Positions 1-9,462 of a stretch of DNA of 32,000 nt are shown piece by piece; position 1 is the stretch's first letter; each line of letters begins with the position of its first letter. The stretch lies in NCBI GenBank assembly GCA_030824515.1, contig JAVBXN010000046.1:29370-61369 (forward strand), written 5' to 3'. Below the pieces are notes generated by a model, which did not search any database, was not told the DNA's origin, and worked only from the letters and a program-made list of their open reading frames with translations. The stretch is from Pelobacter sp. (lineage in GTDB: Bacteria > Desulfobacterota > Desulfuromonadia > Geobacterales > Pseudopelobacteraceae). The position numbers and the translations under genes were made by a program.

Positions 1-670
1 CTATCACCCCCACTCCGGGGCGCTCCTGGGCAACTTTGAAGGCACGATGGCTCATGAAGCCGGTGCTGACCAGGCAGATATCACTGCCGGGAGCAAGCCG
101 GGCAAACCCCTTTTGCAGGTCAACTGCGGCAGGATCGGCGTAAAGGGCGGGAAGCGCTTTACCGTCAAAACGGATGTATTTCGGTCCTCTGGTCGTACGG
201 GTATAATCAACCAGTTGCGCGGCAACAACCCAGTCGGACGGACAATAGACCGACATGTTGGGCAGCAGCCGCATGATCGCCAGGTCTTCCAGGCAGTGAT
301 GGGTCGGGCCGGAAACCACGTAACTCACCCCGCCTCCAAGCCCGAGCATGGTAACGTTGACCGGTCGTATCTGGGACGAGACCGCCAGGTTAACCCTGGC
401 CTGCTCATAGGCACGCATGGTAATAAAGGGGGCAATGGCGTAGGTATAAACGGAAAAACCTTCCAGGGCCAGTCCGGTGGCGACATTGATCAGATTCTGC
501 TCGGCAATGCCGACGTTGATGAAGCGCTGTGGGTATTCATTCCGTATTCGGTCGAGGGCCGGGGCCCCAAGGTCGGCTACCAGAAAGAATATGGCTTCAT
601 CAGTTGCCATCCGGTCACAGAGGGTACCGATAAATGAGTCCCGCATGGTCATAGTTGTGGGTCTGCTCAT
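1..670 (-). CDS. Transketolase, C-terminal (pyrimidine-binding) subunit; the 3' end runs off the window
   Basis: This gene is absent from the ORF track because it has no stop codon in the window. My translation of the minus strand from the ATG at 670..668 gives MSRPTTMTMRDSFIGTLCDR...FINVGIAEQNLINVATGLALEGF...GPTHHCLEDLAIMRLLPNM, which is typical of the split-transketolase C-terminal subunit. Its start forms an ATGA overlap with the stop of the upstream gene (667..670). Confidence 0.85.
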   Translation of the reverse strand, partial: MSRPTTMTMRDSFIGTLCDRMATDEAIFFLVADLGAPALDRIRNEYPQRFINVGIAEQNLINVATGLALEGFSVYTYAIAPFITMRAYEQARVNLAVSSQIRPVNVTMLGLGGGVSYVVSGPTHHCLEDLAIMRLLPNMSVYCPSDWVVAAQLVDYTRTTRGPKYIRFDGKALPALYADPAAVDLQKGFARLAPGSDICLVSTGFMSHRAFKVAQERPGVGVI

Positions 671-1488
671 CGTTCACCTCCAGTGGCGCGGTCGATTTCT
701 GCAGCGGTGAGGGTGCTAATGTGGCAGAGCGTATCCTGCTCCAGTTCCGGCACCCCTTTGCCCTTGACCGTATCGGCGATCAGGACGGCGGGACGACCGG
801 TTGCTCCGCGCTGTTTCAAAGCGGTCAGCGCCTGGTGGAGCGCCGGGACGTCATGCCCATCGACCCGGCGCGCTTCCCACCCGAACGCCTCGAAACGCCG
901 GTCGAACGGCTCAACGGTCATGATATTCTCGCAGCGGTCCAGCATACAGAGCTTGTTGTTGTCGATGATGACGGTCAGGTTGTCGAGACGATGATGAGCG
1001 GCAAACATGACCCCTTCCCACATGGAGCCTTCGCAGAACTCACCATCGCCGGCGACCACGAAGATGTGATTCGATGACCTTTTGCGTTTGAGCCCCAGGG
1101 CCATGCCGCAGGCTACGCCGATGCCGTGTCCCAGGGAGCCGTTGATGGTTTCGTAACCGGGGATAATGGTGTCGGGAATTCCACCCAGAAATGAGCCTTC
1201 CTGGCAGACCCGATCCAGTTCGGCTTTATCGAAAAAACCGCGGTCGGCCAGGATCGGAAACAGTGAGATGGAGCCGTGACCTTTGCTGACGATCAGGCGG
1301 TCGCGCCCTTCCCAGCGGGGATCACCACCGTTGTGTGCCAGCAAGTCGCCATAATAGAGGGTGGTGAAAATTTCAACCGCCGAAAGTGACGAAGCGACAC
1401 GGGTCTCCGGTGCAAGCCGGTGCATCCGCAATGTTTCCGCCCAGACCCAGCGGGCCTTTGAAGCTAACGCCTCCAAGTTCACTGTCAT
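667..1488 (-). CDS. Transketolase, N-terminal (thiamine-diphosphate-binding) subunit
   Basis: The 273-aa product carries HGIGVACGMA and the TPP motif GDGEFCEGSMWE...IIDNNK. Its start overlaps the upstream stop as ATGA (1485..1488). Confidence 0.9.
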   Translation of the reverse strand: MTVNLEALASKARWVWAETLRMHRLAPETRVASSLSAVEIFTTLYYGDLLAHNGGDPRWEGRDRLIVSKGHGSISLFPILADRGFFDKAELDRVCQEGSFLGGIPDTIIPGYETINGSLGHGIGVACGMALGLKRKRSSNHIFVVAGDGEFCEGSMWEGVMFAAHHRLDNLTVIIDNNKLCMLDRCENIMTVEPFDRRFEAFGWEARRVDGHDVPALHQALTALKQRGATGRPAVLIADTVKGKGVPELEQDTLCHISTLTAAEIDRATGGER

Positions 1489-2558
1489 TTAACGTCCTCC
1501 TCAACTTCGGATAGTTCCTTGAATCCGTTCAGAACGCGGCCGTTACGGTCGTTTTCCTGCTTGGAATAATCCTCTTCGTGTTGAAAATAGATGATTTGGC
1601 TACCGGTATTATCGATACGGAACGGCACATGGAGTTGCCCCTTCAGGGCCTCACGTACTTTTTTCTGTCGCTCGGGCGGGACAAAGAGCAGCATGAAACC
1701 GCCGCCGCCGGCACCGGTTATCTTCCCCCCCAGTGCGCCCGCGCTGAGCGCCGCCGCGTACATTTCATCCACCTGGGTGTTGCTTACCCGGGCACTGAGC
1801 GAACGTTTAGCCTGCCAGGCTTCATGGAGCAATGTGCCGAATTCGTTGAAATCACCACCTTTGCCAAGCACAGACAGCGCTTCCTCCACCAGATCCTTCA
1901 TGATGCGCAACTGGCGCTTCTTGTCTTCGATGTTGGGCACATAACTGTCGGCCACATCTGCCGCAGTCCTCTTGATTCCGGTATAAAACAGCATCAGGTG
2001 ATCATTGAAGTGATGCATGGCATCGGCGTTCATGATCACCGGCCGAACCGAGACATCGCCGTTCTGCATGAAATTGACATGGTTAAAGCCGCCATAGGCA
2101 GCAAGGGTCTGGTCCTGGGAACCAACGGTTTCCTTGATCATGTTCTGTTCGATATGGAGACTCTCTGTGAGAAGCTGATGTTTGCTGGGCATGATCCCCT
2201 TCAGCGCATACAGTGAGTTCAGCAGACCGACGGTAAAGGATGAGCTGGAGCCCATGCCGCTGCGGGCCGGCAGGTCGCCGTCGTGGTGAATTTCGATGCC
2301 GCGCTCGATATTCAAAAATCTGAGGGTTTCACGGACGGAGGGGTGCTGGATTTCATCAATGGTCGAGACGCTTTCTATCTTGGAGTATACGATGCGATTG
2401 CGATGTTCAAAAAACGGCGGCAGATAGCGGCAGGTGATATAGCAGTATTTATCGATGGCAGTGGCCAGCACCGCACCACCATGCTTGAGATACCAGCCGG
2501 GGTAATCGGTACCACCGCCGAAGAAGGAGATGCGATAGGGGGTTCTGCTGATGATCAT
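1485..2558 (-). CDS. GHMP-family sugar kinase, HddA/WcbL-like (heptose-7-phosphate 1-kinase type)
   Basis: The 357-aa product begins MIISRTPYRISFFGGGTDYPGWY and contains the GHMP ATP-binding loop PARSGMGSSSSF. Its start forms an ATGA overlap with the upstream nucleotidyltransferase gene. Confidence 0.8.
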   Translation of the reverse strand: MIISRTPYRISFFGGGTDYPGWYLKHGGAVLATAIDKYCYITCRYLPPFFEHRNRIVYSKIESVSTIDEIQHPSVRETLRFLNIERGIEIHHDGDLPARSGMGSSSSFTVGLLNSLYALKGIMPSKHQLLTESLHIEQNMIKETVGSQDQTLAAYGGFNHVNFMQNGDVSVRPVIMNADAMHHFNDHLMLFYTGIKRTAADVADSYVPNIEDKKRQLRIMKDLVEEALSVLGKGGDFNEFGTLLHEAWQAKRSLSARVSNTQVDEMYAAALSAGALGGKITGAGGGGFMLLFVPPERQKKVREALKGQLHVPFRIDNTGSQIIYFQHEEDYSKQENDRNGRVLNGFKELSEVEEDVK

Positions 2559-3268
2559 GGTTTCCCTTTCTGTGGTTCTGAAAAGAATCTTTGGGAACGC
2601 TGGTACTCCTCAGGAATACCGATATCAATGAACGACCCCGTGCAATGATAACCGTACAGACCTTTTGTCATAAGCTCTGGGAACAGCTCACGTTCCAGGG
2701 AAACCGGACGGTCCGGGGCGATTTCCTGGAGCAAGTCAAGCGGCATCAGGTAGATGCCTGCATTGATCCAGCCGGGGCCGGTTTGCCCCCCTTTTTCAAT
2801 GAAGCTCTCCACACGGGATGCCGCATTTGTCTGCACTGCTCCAAACCGGGCAACATCCTCAACCCTGGCCAAAACCATTCCTGCTACGGCTCCGTTTGCA
2901 GCATGCCCGGAGATGAAGTCCGCAAGATTGCAATCACAGTAGGAATCTCCGTTCAGAACCAGAACAGTGTCCCCCGACAGCAACCCGGCGGCATTGCGTA
3001 ATGCACCCCCAGTACCAAGCGGGGTCTCTTCAATGGAATAGAGAAGTTCCATGCCCAGGTATCCGTCACCCAACACGTTCCGGATCATATCTGCCATGTA
3101 CCCGGTGCAGAGCACGACTTTTTGTATTTCGGACTCTGCCAACTGGTCAAGCAGGTGGGTTAAAAACGGGCGGCCTGCCACCATGGCCATGACCTTGGGG
3201 CGGTCACTTACGACAGAACGAAGGCGTGTTCCCAGTCCACCCGCTAATAATGCGGCACACTGTACCAT
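2555..3268 (-). CDS. Sugar-1-phosphate nucleotidyltransferase (HddC-like)
   Basis: The 237-aa product has the N-terminal LAGGLGTRLRS pyrophosphorylase signature and a size typical of the family. Confidence 0.85.
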   Translation of the reverse strand: MVQCAALLAGGLGTRLRSVVSDRPKVMAMVAGRPFLTHLLDQLAESEIQKVVLCTGYMADMIRNVLGDGYLGMELLYSIEETPLGTGGALRNAAGLLSGDTVLVLNGDSYCDCNLADFISGHAANGAVAGMVLARVEDVARFGAVQTNAASRVESFIEKGGQTGPGWINAGIYLMPLDLLQEIAPDRPVSLERELFPELMTKGLYGYHCTGSFIDIGIPEEYQRSQRFFSEPQKGKP

Positions 3269-3271
3269 GGA

Positions 3272-4210
3272 TTAAATATTCTTCCCCGGCATACGACCGA
3301 GCAGCCGATACCCTTTGACCAGTTCTCGGATGCCGTCATCCAGCGAACGCTTCGCCTCGAAACCTGCTTCGCGCAGACGCTGATTGGAGACAACGTAGTT
3401 ACGTTTATCTGGGTCACTTCCAACTTCTGAGAAGTGGAGGTAGAACTTCGGAAGATGCTCCTTGATCTTGAGGGCCAGCTCTTCCTTGGACAGGTTCGCG
3501 GAATCGAGTCCCACGTTGAACGGCCTGCCGATCATCCCTGCCGGGTTCCTGATGCAATGGATGAAACAGTCGGCAACATCACGGATATGTACGTAATTAC
3601 GTTTGAAATCTTTTTCAAAAATGACCAGGTAACCGTCGAAGAAGGCGGCATAGGTGAAATGGTTGACCAGCAGATCAAGCCGGGGGCGGGGTGACATGCC
3701 GAAGACCGTGGCGAGACGCAGGGTGATGGAGTTACCTGCCGCGAGGACGATCTCCTCCGCCTCGACCTTGGTACGGCCGTAGAGCGAAATCGGATCAAGC
3801 GAAGACTCTTCCGTACAGAAAACGTCGCCGGTCTTGGTGCCGTAACCGCTGTTGGTTGTCGGGTAGACGATCAATTGATCCTTACTGCGCAGCCTGCAGA
3901 GCAGCGAGATGGCATCGCGGTTGGTTGAGGTGGCCACATACGGATCAAGATCGCAGGCCGGGGCGCCGACAATGGCCGCAAGAGGGATAATAATATCAGC
4001 ATTTTTCAGCAGTGGTTTCAGCAGCGCTTCATCACGGGCATCCCCCCTGATGAAATCAAAATCAGGATTGGCGCAAAGGTGGTTCAAGTTTTGTTCACCG
4101 TAGATCAGAGAATCAACGGCAGTGACAAGATAGCCTGCATTCAGCAGATGTTCGCAAAGGATAGAGCCAAGATAACCGGCAGCGCCGGTGATGAGAACTT
4201 TATAACGCAT
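3272..4210 (-). CDS. NAD-dependent epimerase/dehydratase (extended SDR)
   Basis: The 312-aa product has the Rossmann motif VLITGAAGYLGS and the catalytic YGRTK (YxxxK) motif. Confidence 0.85.
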   Translation of the reverse strand: MRYKVLITGAAGYLGSILCEHLLNAGYLVTAVDSLIYGEQNLNHLCANPDFDFIRGDARDEALLKPLLKNADIIIPLAAIVGAPACDLDPYVATSTNRDAISLLCRLRSKDQLIVYPTTNSGYGTKTGDVFCTEESSLDPISLYGRTKVEAEEIVLAAGNSITLRLATVFGMSPRPRLDLLVNHFTYAAFFDGYLVIFEKDFKRNYVHIRDVADCFIHCIRNPAGMIGRPFNVGLDSANLSKEELALKIKEHLPKFYLHFSEVGSDPDKRNYVVSNQRLREAGFEAKRSLDDGIRELVKGYRLLGRMPGKNI

Positions 4211-4221
4211 TAAATATCCTT

Positions 4222-5148
4222 TCAGAGATTTTTGTTATGGAACTTGATGGTATACTCAAGTTCCCAGCCAAACATAAGCTTCTTAATGTTTCGTGGAATC
4301 AACGCAAGGTCTCGGCTATCAACACCTTTGTTTAGGCGGATATATTCGTACACGGCATACATCAAAGCCATTGCACTTAACATGCAAGATGGCATCTTCC
4401 ATGCCTTGGCTTTCAGCCTGTAAAGACAACATGGATACACGCGGTTAGCAGGAGCCCAGTTGTAATACTTCATGGTGAGAAAAATATATTCTTCAAATTT
4501 TACACAAGGATCATGAAAGCCCAATGTCTTGGCGGCATAATGAAGACGGTAAGATGACAAAAATTCAGGGAGATAAATTGCTTCTTGATTTTTTGTCAAA
4601 CGAATCCACAGATCATAATCAGATGCCTGCCTCAATTCCAATGAAATACCACCAACAGATTCATATACGGAGCGACGGAAAAACGCCGACGGTTGGGCAA
4701 CTATATTATAAACAGCCAGATAATCATAATTGAATGGTTCAGTTGGGCATTCTCCGATGACAGCCCCATTTCTATCAACGTACTGACAACGGCCATAAAC
4801 CATTGCTACCTCTGGGGCTTGATTAAATTTATCCATAACCTTCTGGATTGCGTCAGGTTCATACTTATCATCAGAGGCAATCCATCCGAATATTTCACCG
4901 GTAGCCATACTGAAACCTTTTGCTATCGCATCTTCAGGCCCATGATCTTTTTCAGATATCCATTTCAGCCTACCTTCATATTTCTTAAGTATTTCAACTG
5001 TTCCATCCGTTGAGCCACCGTCAACTACTATGTATTCAATATTTGGATAGTTCTGATTTAGAACACTTTCTATTGTTGTTTCAATATAACTTCCCTGGTT
5101 GTAAGAAGGTGTAACTATGGATATCCATGACAACAGGTTATTATGCAT
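4222..5148 (-). CDS. Glycosyltransferase family 2
   Basis: The sequence ISIVTPSYNQGSYIETTIESVLNQNYPNIEYIVVDGGSTDGT is a classic GT2 N-terminus. The longest ORF (to 5253) would overlap the upstream gene by 98 nt. The ATG at 5148 (M36) lies just after that gene's stop at 5156, so I chose it. Confidence 0.8.
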   Translation of the reverse strand: MHNNLLSWISIVTPSYNQGSYIETTIESVLNQNYPNIEYIVVDGGSTDGTVEILKKYEGRLKWISEKDHGPEDAIAKGFSMATGEIFGWIASDDKYEPDAIQKVMDKFNQAPEVAMVYGRCQYVDRNGAVIGECPTEPFNYDYLAVYNIVAQPSAFFRRSVYESVGGISLELRQASDYDLWIRLTKNQEAIYLPEFLSSYRLHYAAKTLGFHDPCVKFEEYIFLTMKYYNWAPANRVYPCCLYRLKAKAWKMPSCMLSAMALMYAVYEYIRLNKGVDSRDLALIPRNIKKLMFGWELEYTIKFHNKNL

Positions 5149-5155
5149 ATGCTTT

Positions 5156-7768
5156 TTAGAATATACGCAATAGTCGTTGTCTTGCAAAACGAGCGGCAAG
5201 AAACATTCTGGGATGTATTTGTAATATTTCCGCAACACATTCAAGCAACTCATTCAATTTATCTCCAAAAGTTGCCTTTTTAGAAGTAAAAACTCGCAGA
5301 ATATATCGGAAATAAAAGGAAAAACCTTTCATACGCCGCCCTGACAGTAACAATCTGTTGGCAATAATCCTGATTGATTCTTTTCGATTCAAAGAAACAA
5401 GTCCATTGGTTATACCGTATAAGAGCAAATTCAACATCTCCGCTTGTCTTGCCAAAACAACTACCACCTCTTCAGCCAATTCATCAACAATACCGTTTAG
5501 TTCACCCGTTTGAGTAAAACCTGTTACTAACTGAAATACTTTCTCTGCACGCTCAGGCAACAATTCTTTATGCTTCATTAACTTATTAATAAATGTAAGA
5601 TCTATTTGAAGCAACTCACCGTTTCTTCTCACACGGGAATAGAAACAAAACCATGCGTTCAATGCTGATTTTGCTGATGAAACAGATCCCATATTGATAA
5701 GCAGATCTATGTACTCCGGGAAACCACTGTGTAAATTTAGCACATATGCAGACACACCCTTTTCAAAGTCATTTACCAGAGATCGACATAAATTCTCTGG
5801 GGGATTGAGTGGAAGGGTACTAATAAGCAAAGTAGTTAGACCTTTGATAGCGAGGTAATTTTCCGGATAGATTTCCAGAGCCCGCCTTCCGTACTGGATA
5901 GCAGCTGGAAAATCATTTCTGCTTTCCTTATCAAGAGCAAGATACCAAGCAGAAGCACTGGCGATAATTATTTTCAGTTCTAATTTCATTGATTCATCAC
6001 CTGGCACCCTAATGATCGTATCGATGTATTCACGATAAGGGAAAAAATCCTCATAAAAGAACAGGGCCGACATAATATCATCCTGCAATGGCTCAATTTC
6101 GGCTTCATGGTAAATATCAAGAATCTCCTGAAATAAAATTGCCGCGTTATCACAGTCACCATAATGAAAACAGGTTCTGGCAAGATTAAACCTGATAACC
6201 AGATGCGCCGGAAATAATTCGCAGGCTTTTCTCCAGAGGCCGATAGCCTGTTCCAATAAACGCTCCTTTGTCCCGGTGCGATACCATGTCAAGCCACGTT
6301 CAAGGTGCAACAACCAATATACAGATAATATGGCCGATGAATTGAGAGTTTGCGGGGTCTTCGGTAACTGCAGGTTGTGCTCAATCATGCGTTCAAAGTT
6401 TCGGCAATGTTCTTCGCCGGTTAACCCCTTTGCAATACCTCCATGAAGGTCATCAATACCGACAACGCAAAGATCTTGGCGATGCATAACAGGCTGAGCA
6501 GTAGTTGTTTTTTGGCCAATCAGGCCGGAAATAATTATGCAGGTTTTGAGGAACATTGGCACAGACCGGGAAGCATTAAAAGCATCAAGTTCGGCAGTCC
6601 CGGAGTCACATTTGGTTTTTTCTTCCAAAGCATTTTCAACAATCTGCTGTAGCTTACCCACAACACAGTACTCCGGAAAAGGGTAAATACCTTCATAAGT
6701 TGGAGGAATAAATGATTCCAGTACACCGCCCTCCTGATAAAGAATTGATGCCCCCTGAACCAGGGCTTCAACTCCCCTTGTCGGGAAGCATCCATAGAAC
6801 CTCACGAAAGTCGGGACCAGACGCGTGTTGTTTAATGTCTGCTTATATCGAGACGGAGAGACAAAGCCGTCGTCAATCCGAATCTCAAGTTCACTGTCAA
6901 GTTGGGTTAATTGGTATAATAGTGCCGACTTATCGGCAAAAAATCTCCTAAATGATGAGCCAGTCACATGTATATCAAATTGCCTCTCATTTGCTGGTAC
7001 ATTATTGTTGGAAGTATCTGCCGATATTGAATGAGATAGTACATGGGTAAACACCGGCTTTCCGGTCAGTTTTGTCAATTCATAGTGATCTATCCCAGAA
7101 TAAACCACAAATGCGTCAAACCGCATGAAATCAGCGTATTTTTGATAGACATGCAGATCATAATCGGTGACGAACGCAATTTTCGGGCAGGTAAATTCTT
7201 CGAACCAAACTGGAAGCAACATATATTCGGGGCGATATACGATGATAAGGTCAGGGTGAAACGAGCACTCTTCCAGACGTGCCATAATCGATGATTTATT
7301 ATCAGAAAGTTTGATCCTGATGTCGTCTGAAGGTGAATACCCCATGGTCAACAGATTAATCTGTGAGTTGCCAGTAAACGTCTTCACATTGAATTCGCGA
7401 TTAAGCAAAAGAACATTTACCTTTTCTCCTCTCACAAGGTTCAGGCAACTGCAATGGGCGACAGAAAGGGGTACACCTTCCAGACTTGCCAAATCCGTCA
7501 AAAGTTCTGATCTCTTTTCAAGAAACCAGTTTCCTATGGCACGATAATACATTAGTTCCGGTGTCAGAGGTAATTTCCTCATCAACTCCAGTCCCTTTTC
7601 AGGGTTACCGAGCATAATCAGAGAAATTGCCTTGATTGCCAGATCCTCTTCGGAGATATGAGCCGCATAGGCATAGTTTCCTTCCTCGAATGCAGCGCGA
7701 GCCGACCCTTCATAGTATTGAGATAGTTCCTCAAAAGTTGTTCTGTATTTGTGGGTTACTGCAAACAA
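5156..7768 (-). CDS. Large TPR-repeat protein with a central CgeB/GT1-like glycosyltransferase-like region; function unknown
   Basis: The 870-aa ORF has a TTG start preceded by AAGGAGAG. TPR-like helical repeats occur at the N-terminus (EGNYAYAAHISEEDLAIKAISL...) and in the C-terminal half (LEQAIGLWRKACELFPAH..., AAIQYGRRALEIYPENYLA...). The middle region (PDLIIVYRPEYMLLPVWFEE...FPTRGVEALVQGASILYQEG) resembles CgeB-type glycosyltransferase folds. The domain call is by eye only. Confidence 0.55.
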   Translation of the reverse strand: MFAVTHKYRTTFEELSQYYEGSARAAFEEGNYAYAAHISEEDLAIKAISLIMLGNPEKGLELMRKLPLTPELMYYRAIGNWFLEKRSELLTDLASLEGVPLSVAHCSCLNLVRGEKVNVLLLNREFNVKTFTGNSQINLLTMGYSPSDDIRIKLSDNKSSIMARLEECSFHPDLIIVYRPEYMLLPVWFEEFTCPKIAFVTDYDLHVYQKYADFMRFDAFVVYSGIDHYELTKLTGKPVFTHVLSHSISADTSNNNVPANERQFDIHVTGSSFRRFFADKSALLYQLTQLDSELEIRIDDGFVSPSRYKQTLNNTRLVPTFVRFYGCFPTRGVEALVQGASILYQEGGVLESFIPPTYEGIYPFPEYCVVGKLQQIVENALEEKTKCDSGTAELDAFNASRSVPMFLKTCIIISGLIGQKTTTAQPVMHRQDLCVVGIDDLHGGIAKGLTGEEHCRNFERMIEHNLQLPKTPQTLNSSAILSVYWLLHLERGLTWYRTGTKERLLEQAIGLWRKACELFPAHLVIRFNLARTCFHYGDCDNAAILFQEILDIYHEAEIEPLQDDIMSALFFYEDFFPYREYIDTIIRVPGDESMKLELKIIIASASAWYLALDKESRNDFPAAIQYGRRALEIYPENYLAIKGLTTLLISTLPLNPPENLCRSLVNDFEKGVSAYVLNLHSGFPEYIDLLINMGSVSSAKSALNAWFCFYSRVRRNGELLQIDLTFINKLMKHKELLPERAEKVFQLVTGFTQTGELNGIVDELAEEVVVVLARQAEMLNLLLYGITNGLVSLNRKESIRIIANRLLLSGRRMKGFSFYFRYILRVFTSKKATFGDKLNELLECVAEILQIHPRMFLAARFARQRLLRIF

Positions 7769-7815
7769 CTGGCTCTCCTTACCGCCGAGACAATACGGAT
7801 TTTATCTCTCAAAGC

Positions 7816-9462
7816 TCACTTCTCTGATTCAACTTTCATAAGATTGTTTACTACATCCAGGGCAAAAGACCCGACTTTTACTTTTTGGGACAAAAGGCAT
7901 GAGCAAATCCGGGTCAAACGTCCAATGCGCACGGAGTGGTCTATGTAAGGATTTTCACTGTACCAATCGTCAACCGGTATGAAATATGGATTTGTCCGAT
8001 AAATTTCTTCTTTATTGTATTTGAAATGAATGTCATATTTTTCTGGATTTTTATAGTATTCACTTCCAGCAGCTAGAATAAGAGTGTTGATGCCCTCCAC
8101 CAAGTCGATATAATGGCGAGCAGCAACAATATTATCAATCATTTCATCAACGTCCTGTTCCGTTTCTCCTGGCACCCCGACAACCATATTGACAGTTGCA
8201 CGGATATTTGAATCATGGCAATCCTTCAGATTCTGGTGCACCATATCCATCGTATATCCTTTATTTTGGAGTAGTAGAGTATGGGCAGACCAACCGTCAA
8301 CTCCAAAACGCAGGTGTACAAATCCGGCTTTGTTAAGATGGACAAAATATTCTTTGGTATTATTTCGATCAACTCTCAACTGCCCCATCATGGTGATGTG
8401 TAGTCGACGACGAATTACTTCTGAACAAATATCGTAAAGATTTTTTGAATCACCGTTTACATCACTATCATTGAAATGAAACAGGAAAAAACCTTTTGAA
8501 ACCAAAAACTCGATTTCGTCAACAACCGATTCGGGACTACGCTTCCTAAATGCAAAACATTCTGCACAAAATGTGCATCTCCCCCATTTGCATCCTCTGC
8601 TCGTTACAATTGGCACGAAGTGTTTACCATCAAATGTCCTGTAGAGCGAAACATCTATCCATTCATAACGAGGGAAATCGAACAAATCAAGGTTATTTGG
8701 AAACGCTCCTGATCGCCAGATTATATTAGTAGAATCAAACCTTGAGATAATTCCTGGTAAGTCAACGGGTCGCTCTCCTTTTGCCAACGACTCAATAAGT
8801 TTAGGTAGAGTCAACTCTGCCTCACCAATAACCATATAATCAAAATCAGGAAATAAATGAGGGGCTGTTTCATAATATACACAATCGTACCCACCAACAA
8901 TTATCACTATGTCAGGAAAACGCTGACGTACTTCAACTACAAACATTAAAGCAAAACTTCTATTATTGCCATGAACCGAAATACCTATTGATTTAGGCTT
9001 GTGTATTTCCAATTCATCAAATAGTGGTTTCAAGTATCCAAAAAAGTATTCCTGCAGTTCAGGCTTGTCCCACTCCTGAATGGAAACATTATCCCAAGGA
9101 TCACGAGGCAATACATATCCGTCAAGCTCAATCCACCCCTTGTTTTTCATTATCCTTGTTTGATGGTACTGATGATATATGAGGATGTTGATATCAATAA
9201 TCTGGTGCTTTACTGCGCAACTTTTGAGACAATTATGCACACTAGATAGTCCATAAGGCATCATTGGTATATATCGGGGAGGAAGTTCAAGCAGAAGAAT
9301 ATCCAAGCTTTCCTCAATTACAATTTCAGGAAGCTTGATTGGATAAATCGAACCTTTAAACTTGTAGTAAAAATGCTGAATAGACCTTACAAAAAAATGC
9401 CGCAAGCCCAGCTTTTGCGCAAGCATGACAATGGAAATAATACGCTTCAATGGCACTCTCAC
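7816..9462 (-). CDS. B12-binding-domain radical SAM enzyme (class B-like)
   Basis: The 548-aa product has an N-terminal Rossmann-like B12-binding region (DILLLELPP...IVIIVGGYDCVYY...MVIGEAELTLPKLIESL). This is followed by the Cys cluster SRGCKWGRCTFCAEC at nt ~8557..8592. The GTG start overlaps the SDR stop as GTGA, and the exact start is uncertain. Confidence 0.8.
   Translation of the reverse strand: MRVPLKRIISIVMLAQKLGLRHFFVRSIQHFYYKFKGSIYPIKLPEIVIEESLDILLLELPPRYIPMMPYGLSSVHNCLKSCAVKHQIIDINILIYHQYHQTRIMKNKGWIELDGYVLPRDPWDNVSIQEWDKPELQEYFFGYLKPLFDELEIHKPKSIGISVHGNNRSFALMFVVEVRQRFPDIVIIVGGYDCVYYETAPHLFPDFDYMVIGEAELTLPKLIESLAKGERPVDLPGIISRFDSTNIIWRSGAFPNNLDLFDFPRYEWIDVSLYRTFDGKHFVPIVTSRGCKWGRCTFCAECFAFRKRSPESVVDEIEFLVSKGFFLFHFNDSDVNGDSKNLYDICSEVIRRRLHITMMGQLRVDRNNTKEYFVHLNKAGFVHLRFGVDGWSAHTLLLQNKGYTMDMVHQNLKDCHDSNIRATVNMVVGVPGETEQDVDEMIDNIVAARHYIDLVEGINTLILAAGSEYYKNPEKYDIHFKYNKEEIYRTNPYFIPVDDWYSENPYIDHSVRIGRLTRICSCLLSQKVKVGSFALDVVNNLMKVESEK

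Noticed and set aside
47-1077. Plus-strand ORFs of 196, 77, 140 and 103 aa at the left end of the window.
   Set aside because: They lie antisense to the two transketolase subunit genes, whose minus-strand translations carry clear family motifs. The plus-strand products are low-complexity Gly/Arg/Pro-rich sequences, typical of shadow ORFs in GC-rich DNA.
5149-5253. The longest-ORF start of the GT2 gene, which overlaps the TPR gene by 98 nt. Similar long N-terminal extensions occur at 13427..13483, 15700..15741, 19969..19989 and 27738..27791.
   Set aside because: In each case an internal start has a better ribosome-binding site or a canonical family N-terminus, and using it removes an implausible overlap.
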